A stretch of DNA of 64,000 nt from an uncultured Eubacteriales bacterium. GTDB taxonomy: Bacteria; Bacillota; Clostridia; Christensenellales; Pumilibacteraceae. Position numbers and translations under genes: made by a program. Below are positions 51,531-63,000 of this stretch, piece after piece. Every line of letters begins with the position of its first letter. Within the stretch, counting starts at the first letter, position 1. Location: contig UQSP01000003.1 in assembly GCA_900543755.1 (NCBI GenBank), positions 2,747 through 66,746 of the forward strand. Direction: 5' to 3'. The notes beneath the pieces are model-generated. The model worked only from the letters and a program-made list of their open reading frames with translations, was not told the DNA's origin and ran no database searches.

Positions 51531-54500
51531 ATGAAAAAAGAGAAATCGGGAAACAAAGAAAAACGCTTTTCGCCGTATAAGGCCATGGCGGTCGCGGTTA
51601 TCGGAATTCTCATGATATTCGCTCCCGTCGTTGCGGGCTGCGCGAAAAACTTTAACGACGCAGAGCCCTACGACATGACATACGAAAAACCCTTTTCATC
51701 CGCAACCGACGACTTCATGAAGATTGACGGCGTGCTGGATGAGGAAGAATGGCAGGGGCAGAACAAAATGGTGCACTCTTCCGACGGCATAACTTTGTCC
51801 GCCACGACGGTATTTACCCAAAAAGGACTGTACATCGGGCTAGAGGCGCTGGACGACAATATACAGTGGTATATAAGGTCGGCTTTCGATACCAATTCCT
51901 CGTTCGAGGTTCAACTGGTTAAAGAGGGAGAGCCCACTTACGACGTTAACAACGGCTGGGAATTTCATCCCACTCGTAACAGGAATTTCAGTATTGACGC
52001 AAAAACTTCGCGTTCTTACCGTGAAACGCCTTATACTGCCGCGTCAAAAGTCGACGGCGAGCTTAACAGCGGTAACACACGTTCGCTTTCTGCGGAGATT
52101 TTTGTCACGTGGGAGGACATGAACTATACTCAGGAAGAGCTTAACGAAAACGGCTGTCCCGACGTAATCAGAATGTATGTTTCCTACCGCAAGGTAATAG
52201 GAGAAAACAGCGGAGACAACAAGGATATCATTCCTTCGTTCATGCAAAAGCACCGTTTTGACACTTATTTCAAATTCGGTGCGCAGGGACTTAAAACCGT
52301 TTATTCCTCTTCGGTTATGGGTAATGCGGACAACGGCGTCGCGGCGTCCGACTGCTGGAGCATTGACGACGCTGCCGTAACGGCGGAAACCGAAGAAAAC
52401 CGCACTCAGGTGCTTTGGTTCAGACAAGGTTATTCTTCCGACTTTATTGCGGAAACGGATGTGAAGATCCACGTTCCTTCCGACGGTTATTATCCTTCGG
52501 CGGGACTGATTGGCTTGGCCGGGCAAGATGTGCTGAACGTTTACACGGTTGATGGGCGCGACATTACCGATAACGCGGCGGGTAGCAGGAAAATACTGCT
52601 GAACACAGCAAGAAAAACTGACGGACTGCAGTGGCTGGGCGACGTAAGATTAAGCGCAACGGTGGAGGAAACCTATTCTTCCGATACCGTCAAACTTAAA
52701 ATAATCAAGCGCGGCGGTCAGTTTTATTATTTCTATAACGACATATACTGGGACAGCGAGTATATAGATACGCTGTCAGGAAAAGTTTATGCTGGACTGT
52801 ACACCAACGACGGCGCGACTTTTACCAATTACTCTTTCACCGATTATTCGGATAAAACCCGGCAGCTTGACGAAATTCTTTCGGAATACGTTTATTTCGT
52901 GTCGGTACCCGGCGTAACCGCGCGCGGAAACGTTCAGTCCGATAAGCTTGCCGTCAAAAAAGGCGATTCCGTCACTCTGACAGTTTCGCCCGCGTCCAAT
53001 TATTTCCTCACCGCCATAACAAATAACGGCGCGGACATTTACGACGATGTGGCCGCGGGACTTTCCGACGGTAAATACACGTTTGTGCCTTCCGCAGACG
53101 TATCTGTCGACGCAACTTTCACTTCGTTTCCCTCAGAGGCGGCAGTCGACGTGCTTATCCCCGTACGAGGGACTGAAAACGCTGAACCCGTTTTGTCCGC
53201 CAAGTACGTAATAACCTGTGACAACAGGACTATGTACTACACGGGTGAAAACAACAGCCGCGGCAACGTTGTCGTAACTCTGCCCAAAGCGGGAAGCTAC
53301 GAGGTAGGAGGCAGATCGATAACCGTCAGTGGTAATTATGCCGTCAGGATTTCGGCGGAGGGCTATCACGACGTAACCGCTTCGTTCACGCTTAACGATT
53401 CCACCGTGTCTACGTCTATCGACGGAGAAGAGGAAAGCGTCGCGGAAGACAAGGCGTTCACCATGACCGTAAACGCCATAAAAGTCCGTTACGGTACGGT
53501 TACCGTAAACGGCGTTAAAGTAGAAGGCTCGGGCACGCTTTTGTACAACGAAGAAACCGACAACTACTATAGTTCCGCTTCCAACGTCAATCAGTACTTT
53601 ACCTCCGCGGTCGCCTCCGAATACGTGGCGCGCGCAAACATTTCATTTTCGCAGATGGTAAATCAGGGTACCGACCCCGTCGCGGGCATTGGCATTACTT
53701 CGGGCGCAAAGACGATAGTGCTTAAAAGCTGCCGTTGGGAGGAAAACCGTCTGTGCATCGCGATCGGCGACAGCGGCACCACCACGTCGTACGAAATCGC
53801 CGTTACGGACTTTACTCACGATATCGGCGAATCGTCGGGAACTCTTGAGTTTACCGTCGTAAGATATGACAACATAATCTATATTTTCAACAGCGACGGC
53901 AAGCTTAAGGTGTACCTTGACGAAAACGGCGTGCACACCGTAAACGGCTGCTTCGTTCAGGTGGGCGCGGACAGAGTTGACAGCATAAACTCCGACCTCG
54001 GGATTTTCTTCGACGCGGGCGACGAAAACGCCGTGGGCATGGTCAAATACGGCACTACGGGTTCCGTCGAATGGGATATCGACTTCCGGAAAGAGGGCGC
54101 ATATGACGCTGTTTCGGGCGGAACGTTTACTTTTGAAACCGAAACCGAGGATTATTCTGCCAAGGTCGAGGGACTTAAGGTGGGCGACGGGTTCGCGCTT
54201 GACAGTACCGTCCGCATTGAAATCAAAGCCGCAGATCCCAATAAAGCCGTAAAAACCCTTAAGCTTTCCTATAACGACGGAGAGGATTACAAGGAAATTC
54301 AGGGAATATACAACGCCGATACATTCAGCACCGTATTCGAGTTCGTTTACGACAACGCATATACCGTAACCGTAAGCGAGTACATCGATCTTATTGCCTT
54401 TACGGGCACCGTTTCGGCGCCCGACGGTACCGACTTTACCCTTGTAATCATAGAGGCGGAAGGCGTGGGCGCGTTTGAAAACAAGGTCAATGCCGACGGC

Positions 54501-57500
54501 GAATTTACCGTAATGCTGCCCGAAGGAACTTATAATTTCCGATTCTCGGCGGACGGACTTGTTGCATACCTTTCCGATAAAGCCGTGGGCGACGGCAGCG
54601 CGGCGGAAGTTACGCTTGTTTCGGACATTTACGATTTTGACAACGTCGCTGAGGTAAACGGCATTACCGTAAACGCTACCGCTGATTCCGAAAACGGATT
54701 TGCCTTCCGTGCCGACGCAATGGACGGAAACCTGAATTATCTTCCCGCGGGTTGGCTTTATCTGCTGCCTAACACTGTCACGACGGACGACTTTATTTAT
54801 ACCGTGACTATGACTGACATCGAGCGTTTTGCGGGCATGGGTATCACTGACGGCGAGATTACGCTTTCCTTCCAGATAGTAAGCTGGGAGGGCGGCGGCC
54901 AGAATCTCGTGGTGGAAGCGGATTACACGGGTTATAACCGCAACACGCTTGAGGTGGAAATTCCCGTCAGTCCCAATACAAAAACCGATGCAACTTATAC
55001 GATCATCAAAACAGGCACCACGCTGACCGTTTGCGCGGGCAAGGGCGATAACGCGGTATGGATTGTGCGTATTACCCCCGATTCCTACGAGTTTAACGGC
55101 GGCAAAATAAAAGAGCGCGTGCTGAATAACATGACAAGCGCGCAGAGATTTGAAAAACAGAAACAGCTGCTGTCCGAATTCTTGGGCGAAGGCAAAGAAT
55201 ACATGGCCGTGCTGTATCGCAACGAATATACTCCCGATACCAAGGGCGGCTACGAATATTCGTTTGAAAAGCTTCAGACGATAACCGTGACAGGCACCGT
55301 GGCATTACCTTCGGGCGCCTTGGGAAATAAAGGCAAACTGGCGCTTTCTTCGGGCGGAGTGGAATACGTTTTCGATGTATCGGGCGAAGCTTTTTCGATA
55401 GAAGTGCCTGAAGGCACATACGACGTGATTTATAAATCGGAGGGCGCTTCCGCATATATTTTCGACAAGATTGTGGACGGAAACAGCGCGCTTGTAATCA
55501 CGGCGACTTCCGATTTGTACGAGATTGATTCTTCCGTAGCTATTAACGGAAAAGAGTATTTAAGTTACTGCTCAGGTTTAGACTTCCTTTCCTTGGAAAA
55601 ACGCGCCGACTCGCTGGACGGAACCCTGACTCTCGGCAATACTGCGGGTGCTTACGGACTGGTGATGCCCAACACTTCCACGGCGGAGGAGTATGAATTC
55701 TCCGTACGCATGACGGCGGACGCGGGCAACTCCAATATGGCGGGAATAGGAGTGACAAACGGAAGTTATGCGTTGTCCTTTCAGCTTTCTAACGGCGAAG
55801 CTAACGGGAAACGGTTGGTTATAGAACTTGCCGAAACCTGGTGCGGCAACGACTTCGTGTTATATTGCGAATCCGTTTCCACAGACAACGTGTGGAATGC
55901 CGCTACGGGAGTGGACGCCACTATTACTTTACGTCGTTTTGCTGACAAGTTAGAGGTTTACGTCGGCAGAAATACCGTTTCAAAAGTGCTTACGGTGACG
56001 GCGGACGGCTACGTGTTTGCGTCTGCAGGCTGGACGGTCAACAACGCTGACAGATTAAACGCGCACAACGCCGTTCTCAGCGGCTTCTTCGGCGATTCGG
56101 TAAGCCACGCGATGGTGCTTGCAAGCAATTATCTTGCGGCTGCACTTACATACGAATACGATTTTAAGTTTATCGAAAATCATGAATTAAGCGGAGAAAT
56201 TAACGTAAACGACGGCGACAAAGCCACACTTACGCTTATTTCGGAGCGCGGAATCGTCTATAGTTTTACCGGAATTAACGGCGCGTTTACCGTAAAAGTT
56301 CCTTACGGGAAATATTCTTACGCAATCGAATGTGACGGATATGCGCAAAAATCGGGCGAACTGGATTTCAGCGAAAGCAATACCCGGACGGAGCCCGTTA
56401 CGCTGGATCGTTACAGTGCCGCAGTCGATGTGGTGATGAAGGAGTCCGAGTCTGAGATTGTATTCGAGTGGGACGAAAATACTGTCGACATTGTGGATTA
56501 CAAGCTAGTGCTGAAAGGAGAAACTGATACCGTTCTTGCATCTACAAACGACGGCAGTCTTACCGCTCAGAACGGCAGGTTTACGTTCACGGTTTCCAAA
56601 ACCGACGGAAATTACGTGAAAAACGCGACTTATCAGGTAGTGGCAACGCCGATAAGCGGAGTTCTTCTCGAACCTTCCCCCGAAATGAAGGCGGAGGAAT
56701 TCGGCTACGGCTACATCAACGATTTTTCAAGCGAAGCGCTTTATCAAAGAGTAATCGTTACGGGTTCGGGCGTTACGACGTCATATTCGGGCGGACTGAT
56801 GCTCAGCGCGTCCGGTAAAGCCGAAGCTACCGTAAAATCGCTGCGTACAGTGGACACCGGCAACGTAAATTTTGTCAACATATTGGTTGCAGGCAACGGT
56901 GAGGCTACCGTCGCGGGCAAGACCGTTACGCTTGTGTCCGGCAAGACCGAATATGTCAATCTCACCCCCGCCGAGTATGGCAAGGGAGAATTTACGGTCG
57001 GCTTTACCGATTCATTGCTTATTAAATCCATTGCTACCGACGCTATTGACGAAAACAAGAGCAGTAAGTGGGTGGATAATTCGTCGGAAGGACAGGGCGC
57101 TGTTGTGCGCAACGAAGACGGAAGTTACAGTATTTTCGAGCCTGATATAGATTCCAGTCGTTACAGTTTTACGTCGCTTGCTATGCCCGCTTCCACAACT
57201 TTCACGCTATCTGCGCATGTGAAAGTCAATTCCTCCGAAAATGAAGCCAAAGGACAAATCGGCTTTACTCTTTCCGTTCCCGTTTACGACGGCAGTGCGA
57301 GCAGCGCCATATTATGGAACACCTGGAGCGACAATGTCATCATACTGTCATATAAGCCGGGCTGGAATGACATATATATAGGTAAGGGTAGCCCGTTATG
57401 GCTGATGAATGACGGTGACTATGCCTCGCTTGACAAAACAGATTTTGAAATGACGCTTACGCGTGACAACGAGCTTTTGTATCTGTTGATCGACGGCAAG

Positions 57501-59399
57501 CCGCTTGTATTTATCAATACAGATACCACGCCATTATGGAAGGTTTCCGATTCGGATAGAACTGATATACCGTTCAAGGGCGTTCCGGTTGCCGCAGGCT
57601 TCGGTATTCGCCATAGAATAGGATATAATTCTTCTCCCGTCGACAACGTGACTTTCTCCGATTATTCAGTTGTTCTTTCGGCGGAAAGCGATATGGTTAA
57701 ACTGACTTCGGTCGAGGTTACCGGCGCAGGCGAAAACCTTTCGATATATGCAGGCGCGGTCAATCCTGCAAATCTCATACGCACGGCGACCGACGGCGCT
57801 CAGCTTAATGCTTATGTTCCGGTAGGCATTACGGCCGTAGTATATGACGGCAAAAAGGCGCTGTTCATCGATGAAACCCTCGGCGCGGAAAACATAACGG
57901 GCGTTATGCAGGATGCCACTTATATGACGGGTAGCACCTATGCCGATCAAAAGGCATCTGCTCAAGGCGGCGGAACGTTCGAGGTACCTGCGTCGTTCGG
58001 ACAAAGCATGATTCTGCCTTCCACGGCCACCGTAAATCCGTTCGAGTTTACCGCGTACATTACGGCTAAAGATACCTCGGTAACTGAGGGAATGCAAGGA
58101 ATAAGCATTCAGAACGTAGATACGGGTAGCTATATTTCTTTCCAAAGCGCAAACTGGGAAGGTCAGGGCTCAAAAGTGATTATAGACGTCAAACGCAGTA
58201 CTGACAGCACCAACGACTACGTTCTTAACTGTGCAAGCCCCAATAAAATGATTTGGCACGGCGAAATGGAACTGTACTTCAAAATTTCCCGTACCGCGGA
58301 TAAAATAGTACTTTCCATAGGCCCCGACGGCAAAGAAATGAAAATACTTACCGTTACTAAGGACGGAATAACTTTTGCGGACGACTCTTGGACGGTGAAC
58401 AACTCCGAAAGAAAAGCCGCCAACGACCTTAAACTTCAGGAATTCTTCGGCCCCGACGTTATGCTTGCGGCGGGATACTCAAGTTACGACCGTCAAGGCA
58501 TAACTTCCGTTTATACCGCGCATTTCGAGGAAAAGACTCTGATAAGCGCCAGCGGCAACGTTATGGGCGGTACGGGCGAAGGAGTGGTCGAGTTTACCGC
58601 ATTAAGCGGAGCAATGTACGATGCTGCGGTGTCGGAAGGAATGTTCGCATTAAATCTGCCTGCCGGCGATTATAAAGCGCATTATACCGATAAAACCGAT
58701 TTCGCGCTTGCCGATTTGGTTACGCTGGACGAGGAAAACAAAACTGTCACTCTTACCGCTTATCCCAAAACCATGCTTGCTTCGTCCGGGACGGTCAACG
58801 GCATAACTTTGAATAGCGGTACGCTTACCGAAGAAGAAATTGCAGATTCCCGCGACGGCAGCTTCACACTTACCGATAACACATCTAACTTTTATTATAT
58901 GCCGGAGACGGTTACCTCGGGGGCGTATGAATATACTGTAACCATGGAAAACGTGTCCAATATGGCAGGCATGTCGCTTACCAACGGCAAAAGTATTCTT
59001 TCTTTCCAGATCGCCAATTGGGAAAAAGGCGGCGCAAGTGTAATCGTCGAATGCAGCGGCTTGTGGATGGGCAACGATTTTGTGCTTAACGTAGAAGGCT
59101 CCGTAAACAGCTATACTTCCGCTACTTTTACCGTCCGTCGCTACGCCGACAGCATTCAGCTTTATATCGGCTCAGGCGTCGACGCGATTAAAGTCCTTAC
59201 GATTACCTCTGACGGAAGCTTTGTGCTGGAGTCGTGTGCAACTCCCGTCGATCAAGGCAGATATGATACCTGCACGGCTAATCAGAAAAGCCAGCTTGCG
59301 GCGTTTTTCGGTTCGGGCGTTCAGCACATGGCGGGACTTGCGCGCAACAATGCCGATGCTCAATCCGTGACTTATACGGTTTTCTATACGCTGATTTAA
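51531..59399 (+). CDS. Giant (2622 aa) cell-surface lipoprotein with at least six internal ~280-aa repeat modules separated by carboxypeptidase-regulatory/Big-like beta-sandwich domains
   Basis: It has a lipobox (VVAGC). The recurring core is (F/M)AGMG(I/V)T(D/N)G...LSFQ(I/L)..WE.GG...V.E...W.GNDFVL...V..........T.TV.R.AD.....G, ending ...FFG....H.. Interspersed segments of the form TVTGTVALPSG...EGTYD resemble CarboxypepD_reg domains. Confidence 0.8.
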   Translation: MKKEKSGNKEKRFSPYKAMAVAVIGILMIFAPVVAGCAKNFNDAEPYDMTYEKPFSSATDDFMKIDGVLDEEEWQGQNKMVHSSDGITLSATTVFTQKGLYIGLEALDDNIQWYIRSAFDTNSSFEVQLVKEGEPTYDVNNGWEFHPTRNRNFSIDAKTSRSYRETPYTAASKVDGELNSGNTRSLSAEIFVTWEDMNYTQEELNENGCPDVIRMYVSYRKVIGENSGDNKDIIPSFMQKHRFDTYFKFGAQGLKTVYSSSVMGNADNGVAASDCWSIDDAAVTAETEENRTQVLWFRQGYSSDFIAETDVKIHVPSDGYYPSAGLIGLAGQDVLNVYTVDGRDITDNAAGSRKILLNTARKTDGLQWLGDVRLSATVEETYSSDTVKLKIIKRGGQFYYFYNDIYWDSEYIDTLSGKVYAGLYTNDGATFTNYSFTDYSDKTRQLDEILSEYVYFVSVPGVTARGNVQSDKLAVKKGDSVTLTVSPASNYFLTAITNNGADIYDDVAAGLSDGKYTFVPSADVSVDATFTSFPSEAAVDVLIPVRGTENAEPVLSAKYVITCDNRTMYYTGENNSRGNVVVTLPKAGSYEVGGRSITVSGNYAVRISAEGYHDVTASFTLNDSTVSTSIDGEEESVAEDKAFTMTVNAIKVRYGTVTVNGVKVEGSGTLLYNEETDNYYSSASNVNQYFTSAVASEYVARANISFSQMVNQGTDPVAGIGITSGAKTIVLKSCRWEENRLCIAIGDSGTTTSYEIAVTDFTHDIGESSGTLEFTVVRYDNIIYIFNSDGKLKVYLDENGVHTVNGCFVQVGADRVDSINSDLGIFFDAGDENAVGMVKYGTTGSVEWDIDFRKEGAYDAVSGGTFTFETETEDYSAKVEGLKVGDGFALDSTVRIEIKAADPNKAVKTLKLSYNDGEDYKEIQGIYNADTFSTVFEFVYDNAYTVTVSEYIDLIAFTGTVSAPDGTDFTLVIIEAEGVGAFENKVNADGEFTVMLPEGTYNFRFSADGLVAYLSDKAVGDGSAAEVTLVSDIYDFDNVAEVNGITVNATADSENGFAFRADAMDGNLNYLPAGWLYLLPNTVTTDDFIYTVTMTDIERFAGMGITDGEITLSFQIVSWEGGGQNLVVEADYTGYNRNTLEVEIPVSPNTKTDATYTIIKTGTTLTVCAGKGDNAVWIVRITPDSYEFNGGKIKERVLNNMTSAQRFEKQKQLLSEFLGEGKEYMAVLYRNEYTPDTKGGYEYSFEKLQTITVTGTVALPSGALGNKGKLALSSGGVEYVFDVSGEAFSIEVPEGTYDVIYKSEGASAYIFDKIVDGNSALVITATSDLYEIDSSVAINGKEYLSYCSGLDFLSLEKRADSLDGTLTLGNTAGAYGLVMPNTSTAEEYEFSVRMTADAGNSNMAGIGVTNGSYALSFQLSNGEANGKRLVIELAETWCGNDFVLYCESVSTDNVWNAATGVDATITLRRFADKLEVYVGRNTVSKVLTVTADGYVFASAGWTVNNADRLNAHNAVLSGFFGDSVSHAMVLASNYLAAALTYEYDFKFIENHELSGEINVNDGDKATLTLISERGIVYSFTGINGAFTVKVPYGKYSYAIECDGYAQKSGELDFSESNTRTEPVTLDRYSAAVDVVMKESESEIVFEWDENTVDIVDYKLVLKGETDTVLASTNDGSLTAQNGRFTFTVSKTDGNYVKNATYQVVATPISGVLLEPSPEMKAEEFGYGYINDFSSEALYQRVIVTGSGVTTSYSGGLMLSASGKAEATVKSLRTVDTGNVNFVNILVAGNGEATVAGKTVTLVSGKTEYVNLTPAEYGKGEFTVGFTDSLLIKSIATDAIDENKSSKWVDNSSEGQGAVVRNEDGSYSIFEPDIDSSRYSFTSLAMPASTTFTLSAHVKVNSSENEAKGQIGFTLSVPVYDGSASSAILWNTWSDNVIILSYKPGWNDIYIGKGSPLWLMNDGDYASLDKTDFEMTLTRDNELLYLLIDGKPLVFINTDTTPLWKVSDSDRTDIPFKGVPVAAGFGIRHRIGYNSSPVDNVTFSDYSVVLSAESDMVKLTSVEVTGAGENLSIYAGAVNPANLIRTATDGAQLNAYVPVGITAVVYDGKKALFIDETLGAENITGVMQDATYMTGSTYADQKASAQGGGTFEVPASFGQSMILPSTATVNPFEFTAYITAKDTSVTEGMQGISIQNVDTGSYISFQSANWEGQGSKVIIDVKRSTDSTNDYVLNCASPNKMIWHGEMELYFKISRTADKIVLSIGPDGKEMKILTVTKDGITFADDSWTVNNSERKAANDLKLQEFFGPDVMLAAGYSSYDRQGITSVYTAHFEEKTLISASGNVMGGTGEGVVEFTALSGAMYDAAVSEGMFALNLPAGDYKAHYTDKTDFALADLVTLDEENKTVTLTAYPKTMLASSGTVNGITLNSGTLTEEEIADSRDGSFTLTDNTSNFYYMPETVTSGAYEYTVTMENVSNMAGMSLTNGKSILSFQIANWEKGGASVIVECSGLWMGNDFVLNVEGSVNSYTSATFTVRRYADSIQLYIGSGVDAIKVLTITSDGSFVLESCATPVDQGRYDTCTANQKSQLAAFFGSGVQHMAGLARNNADAQSVTYTVFYTLI

Positions 59400-59404
59400 G
59401 CTTA

Positions 59405-59620
59405 TTTTGCTTCTTCATACTCCTTATTTTGTCATCGGACGACGGGACGCATTATGTCCGGTTGTCCTTTGACGTTTTAAAATCCGCGACTGAGTTTGTT
59501 TTTATGCCGCGGATTTTTATTATTTTTTTGCTTGGGTAATGACTAAATCATTTCGTTGCTTTTAAGGTGCCCGCGAGCGTTAAAAATAAGCCGCGCGGTT
59601 AAAGACAATGGGAAAGAAAG
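59405..59620. repeat. Copy 2 of the ~210-bp intergenic repeat
   Basis: See copy 1. It lies just after the stop of the giant gene and before the 3' end of the convergent 60062 gene. Confidence 0.85.
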
Positions 59621-60061
59621 CGCAAAGAAACTTAATTCAGATATTGACAAAAGAAATGTATATTTTCATAAATGCGTGAAATAAGGCGAAAACGCTTGTC
59701 CCGACAGTCAGGAGAAAGTTTTTTAGATAAGACTTACGGGGCTCGAAAGGGAAATGGTTTCATTTATAAAGCAGAGGAAAACGACAAAAAAGAGGCTGAA
59801 AAGAAATGGTGTTTTTAATTTATAAAGACAGGGGGACAAAAAAGTTTAATTTTCAAATACCGCAATGAATATAGCTATGAAAACATTATTATAGTATATA
59901 AGCCGAAAAAAAATTTACTTTTGTATAAAACGCGGCACAGGAAAATTATTGTATAAGGCGTTTCGTTTTGCTTTAAAAAATGCAAAAGCCCGTTCGGATA
60001 AATCGGGAACGGGCTTTTGCCGGAGTATGAAGAAATGTAGTCTATAGTCAAATTTAATTAA

Positions 60062-63000
60062 TCATTTAATCATGAAGATAATTTCGTTATCGGTTGTTTT
60101 CATTTCGTCAAAGGGAATCGCGATTCCGCCTTCGCGATAGGGATTATCGCGGGACGGGGAGAGGGTAATTCCGTTATAAATCGCTTTTCTTTCGTTGCCT
60201 TTTACGAATTTCACCGTGATATTTTTGCCTTTTGCGGTAAATCCGATTTCGTGTCCGTCGAATTTATCTGCGGGAAGAACGGGGTCCAGCACGAGTTTGT
60301 CTTTAAGGATTTTTACACCCAATACGTCGGCAAACAGTCTTGCAAGGTAAATTCCGCCTCCGCTGGAATAAACGCGCCAGCCGCTTCTGACGGGCACGGA
60401 GCCGTCGCGCAGTTTATCGAAGTTTTTGCGGTATTCGTATCTGTCGTTAAAAAGTCCCTCGGAGCTTGAGGAGTAGCAGTTGGATTGTCTGGGCATGGCG
60501 TTTCTGACGGTTTCTTTGATGTTTATCGGATTGACCGCCATAAGGCCCCACAGCGCGTCCTCGCTTCTTCCCAATACCGTCATTGCCTCGATGTATCTTA
60601 TATGCGCGTGTACGTACTGAAGGCTTATTTCTCTGCCTACGTTTGCCGCCTGTTCGGCGCGGACGAATATTTTGCTTACGCCGCCTTCGTATCTTGCGGG
60701 TCTGTCCATAAGGCGAACGCCGTCCGGACAGCGCAGATGCTCATCGATAAGCTGCACGTTTTTGTCGGCAAGATTTTTATCGGCCATTCGGGCGATAATG
60801 CTTCGGGTAAGGGGCAGAAGTCTTAGGTGGATTCCGCTTGTTTCGTCAAGAGGGTGAAGCATACAGCGCACGTTTTGTTCGTCCATGTAACCGAATCCGG
60901 CGATGACCCCGTCTTTTACAAGGTCTTTGTCGAAGGAGTTTTTGATGCGTTTTGCAAAATCGGAACACTTGTTTTTAAGGCTTTCGTCGGGAAGAATGCT
61001 TGCAAGGGAAGTAAGCGTCTGGTAGGCAAGCGCCATCGTCCACGAAGAAATGAGGTTTTGCTTTAGAAATGCGTTGACGGGCTGTAAAGTATCGTCCCAG
61101 TCGCCGCCCGCGTAAGTGATAAGTCCGCTGTCGCCGATAAATCTGTTCTCTATGCTGTGGAGCGACTTTTCTACCAGACGGGAGAGGGGAAGAACTCCGC
61201 CTTGTTTCAATTCTATGTTTTCGCTTAAAAAGCCGTAATCGTGCGTGGCGGCAAGGTAATCTGCAAGCGCCTTAAGCGGCCAGAACACTATGTCGCCGTG
61301 GCAGTCGTCCGCCGCGAAAGGATACTCGTCAAACATGAACCACTGGGGCCATTCGCCCTCCGCGTTCTGGTAACGGAACACTCTGGCAAGGATTTTCTTT
61401 ACCGTCGGGAAATGTCCGAAAGTAAGGAAGAACTCCACGGGACCCTGGCAAACGTCGCGGGTGCCCCATGCGGCGCCGCCCGTTTGTTCCAATCCGTGGG
61501 GGGAAGCGTAATGTACCAGACAGTCGTGCGCGTACCAACGCAGGATAAGGTTGAGTTTAGAGGTGTATTCGTCGTTGGGGCTGATGTGCGCCTTAAGCAA
61601 AAGACGGTCGTAGAACTCGAAGAAAAGCTCTTTTTCCTTTGCGAAATCGGCAAATTCGGCTTTTGCGGACTTTTTCTCGTCACCCGCTATCGCCATACGG
61701 AAAGAGTCGCCGCTTAATTTTACCGAAAGCAGAGTTTCGTTTCTGGATTTTCCGTCGGCAAAGAATATCGAGTCGTCGCCTTGTATTATGTCGCGGTCGA
61801 AAACCGCCTCGTAATTAAGCTCGGGGCAGAAGGAAGTTGCGGGACCCGAGGCGGGTTTGAAGCGCAGCACGTTGCCCTCGCGGCTTAAAAGAATTTTTCC
61901 GGCGTCTTCGCCCATGACGCACTGCATGGTAAGCATAAAGTCGTATTGCTTTTTGTTAAGAGAAGTTACTTCAACGTTGATAAAAGGCTTGTCAAAGCTG
62001 TTGAATACGCGTATTTCCACGACGTCGCCGGGTAACTTGTACAAGTAACGGCAGTAATTAAGCCCTATTTCGAAAAGGCCTGCCGTACCCAGGCGGCGGT
62101 ATTTTCCGTCAAGCTTGACGTAAACGCGCACGCCTTCCGTCCACTGAGTGTCCAAAAACCCGCGCGAAACCGAAAACAGCTTGTGGAACGACGTGTTTCC
62201 TATAATGGTCTGCGAGCATATCATGCCGTACATATAAGAGGTGTTGCTCATTACGTTTTCGGGCAGAGAATCGGGGTCAAAGCCGCTTATGGATATATGA
62301 CCGTGCGGACGCTGAACCGCGCCTTCTTTGTCAAGAGTCGCAACGTAAGCGCCATCCTCGGTAAAAAAGGAGTAAAGTTTTCCTTTTTCGCGTTCCTCCT
62401 CGGTTTTTACGGGATACAGCGCGGCTGTTTCTTCCTCGGTAAAGTTTTCGCTGATAAGGACGTCGCCTATTTCGTCCGAATATTTTACGGGCTTATGAGT
62501 TGTGCATTCAAAATCTTCTAAAGCCGCGTAATCCTCTTCGATGCCTGAGGGCATTCCTCCCTCCGCGGCTACGGGAAGGTCGTCGCAGGTTTTGAAGTAA
62601 AACGCGAAAGTCCTGTCCTTTCCCGGCACGAATTTTTCGGTGCTTAATGCGATAAAAGGCATTTCGTACTGGTGTACATAACAGGGGAGCTGTTTGTCGA
62701 TAAGCGCGGGCTTGTTTGTGACGCGGTATTCGCTGCCGAAAAACTGCAGCCCGTCGGTGCTGTATCCCGTTGCTTTAATTCCCAGCGTGCCCGCTGTCAG
62801 CACGGGGTGACGGCCGCCCATGTTCTGACGGGAAGAGATTACAAAGCCGTAAACGTCGTCTTTAACGGTGTGACCGAGGTATTGCGCCGAATACAGCTCG
62901 TTGTTTCTTACGAAACCCTTGTCGCCCACGCCGATGTCCTGAGTGCAGAGGACGTCGATTTCCTTGTCGCCGCTTGTATAAAGCGTATAATACCAGGCGT

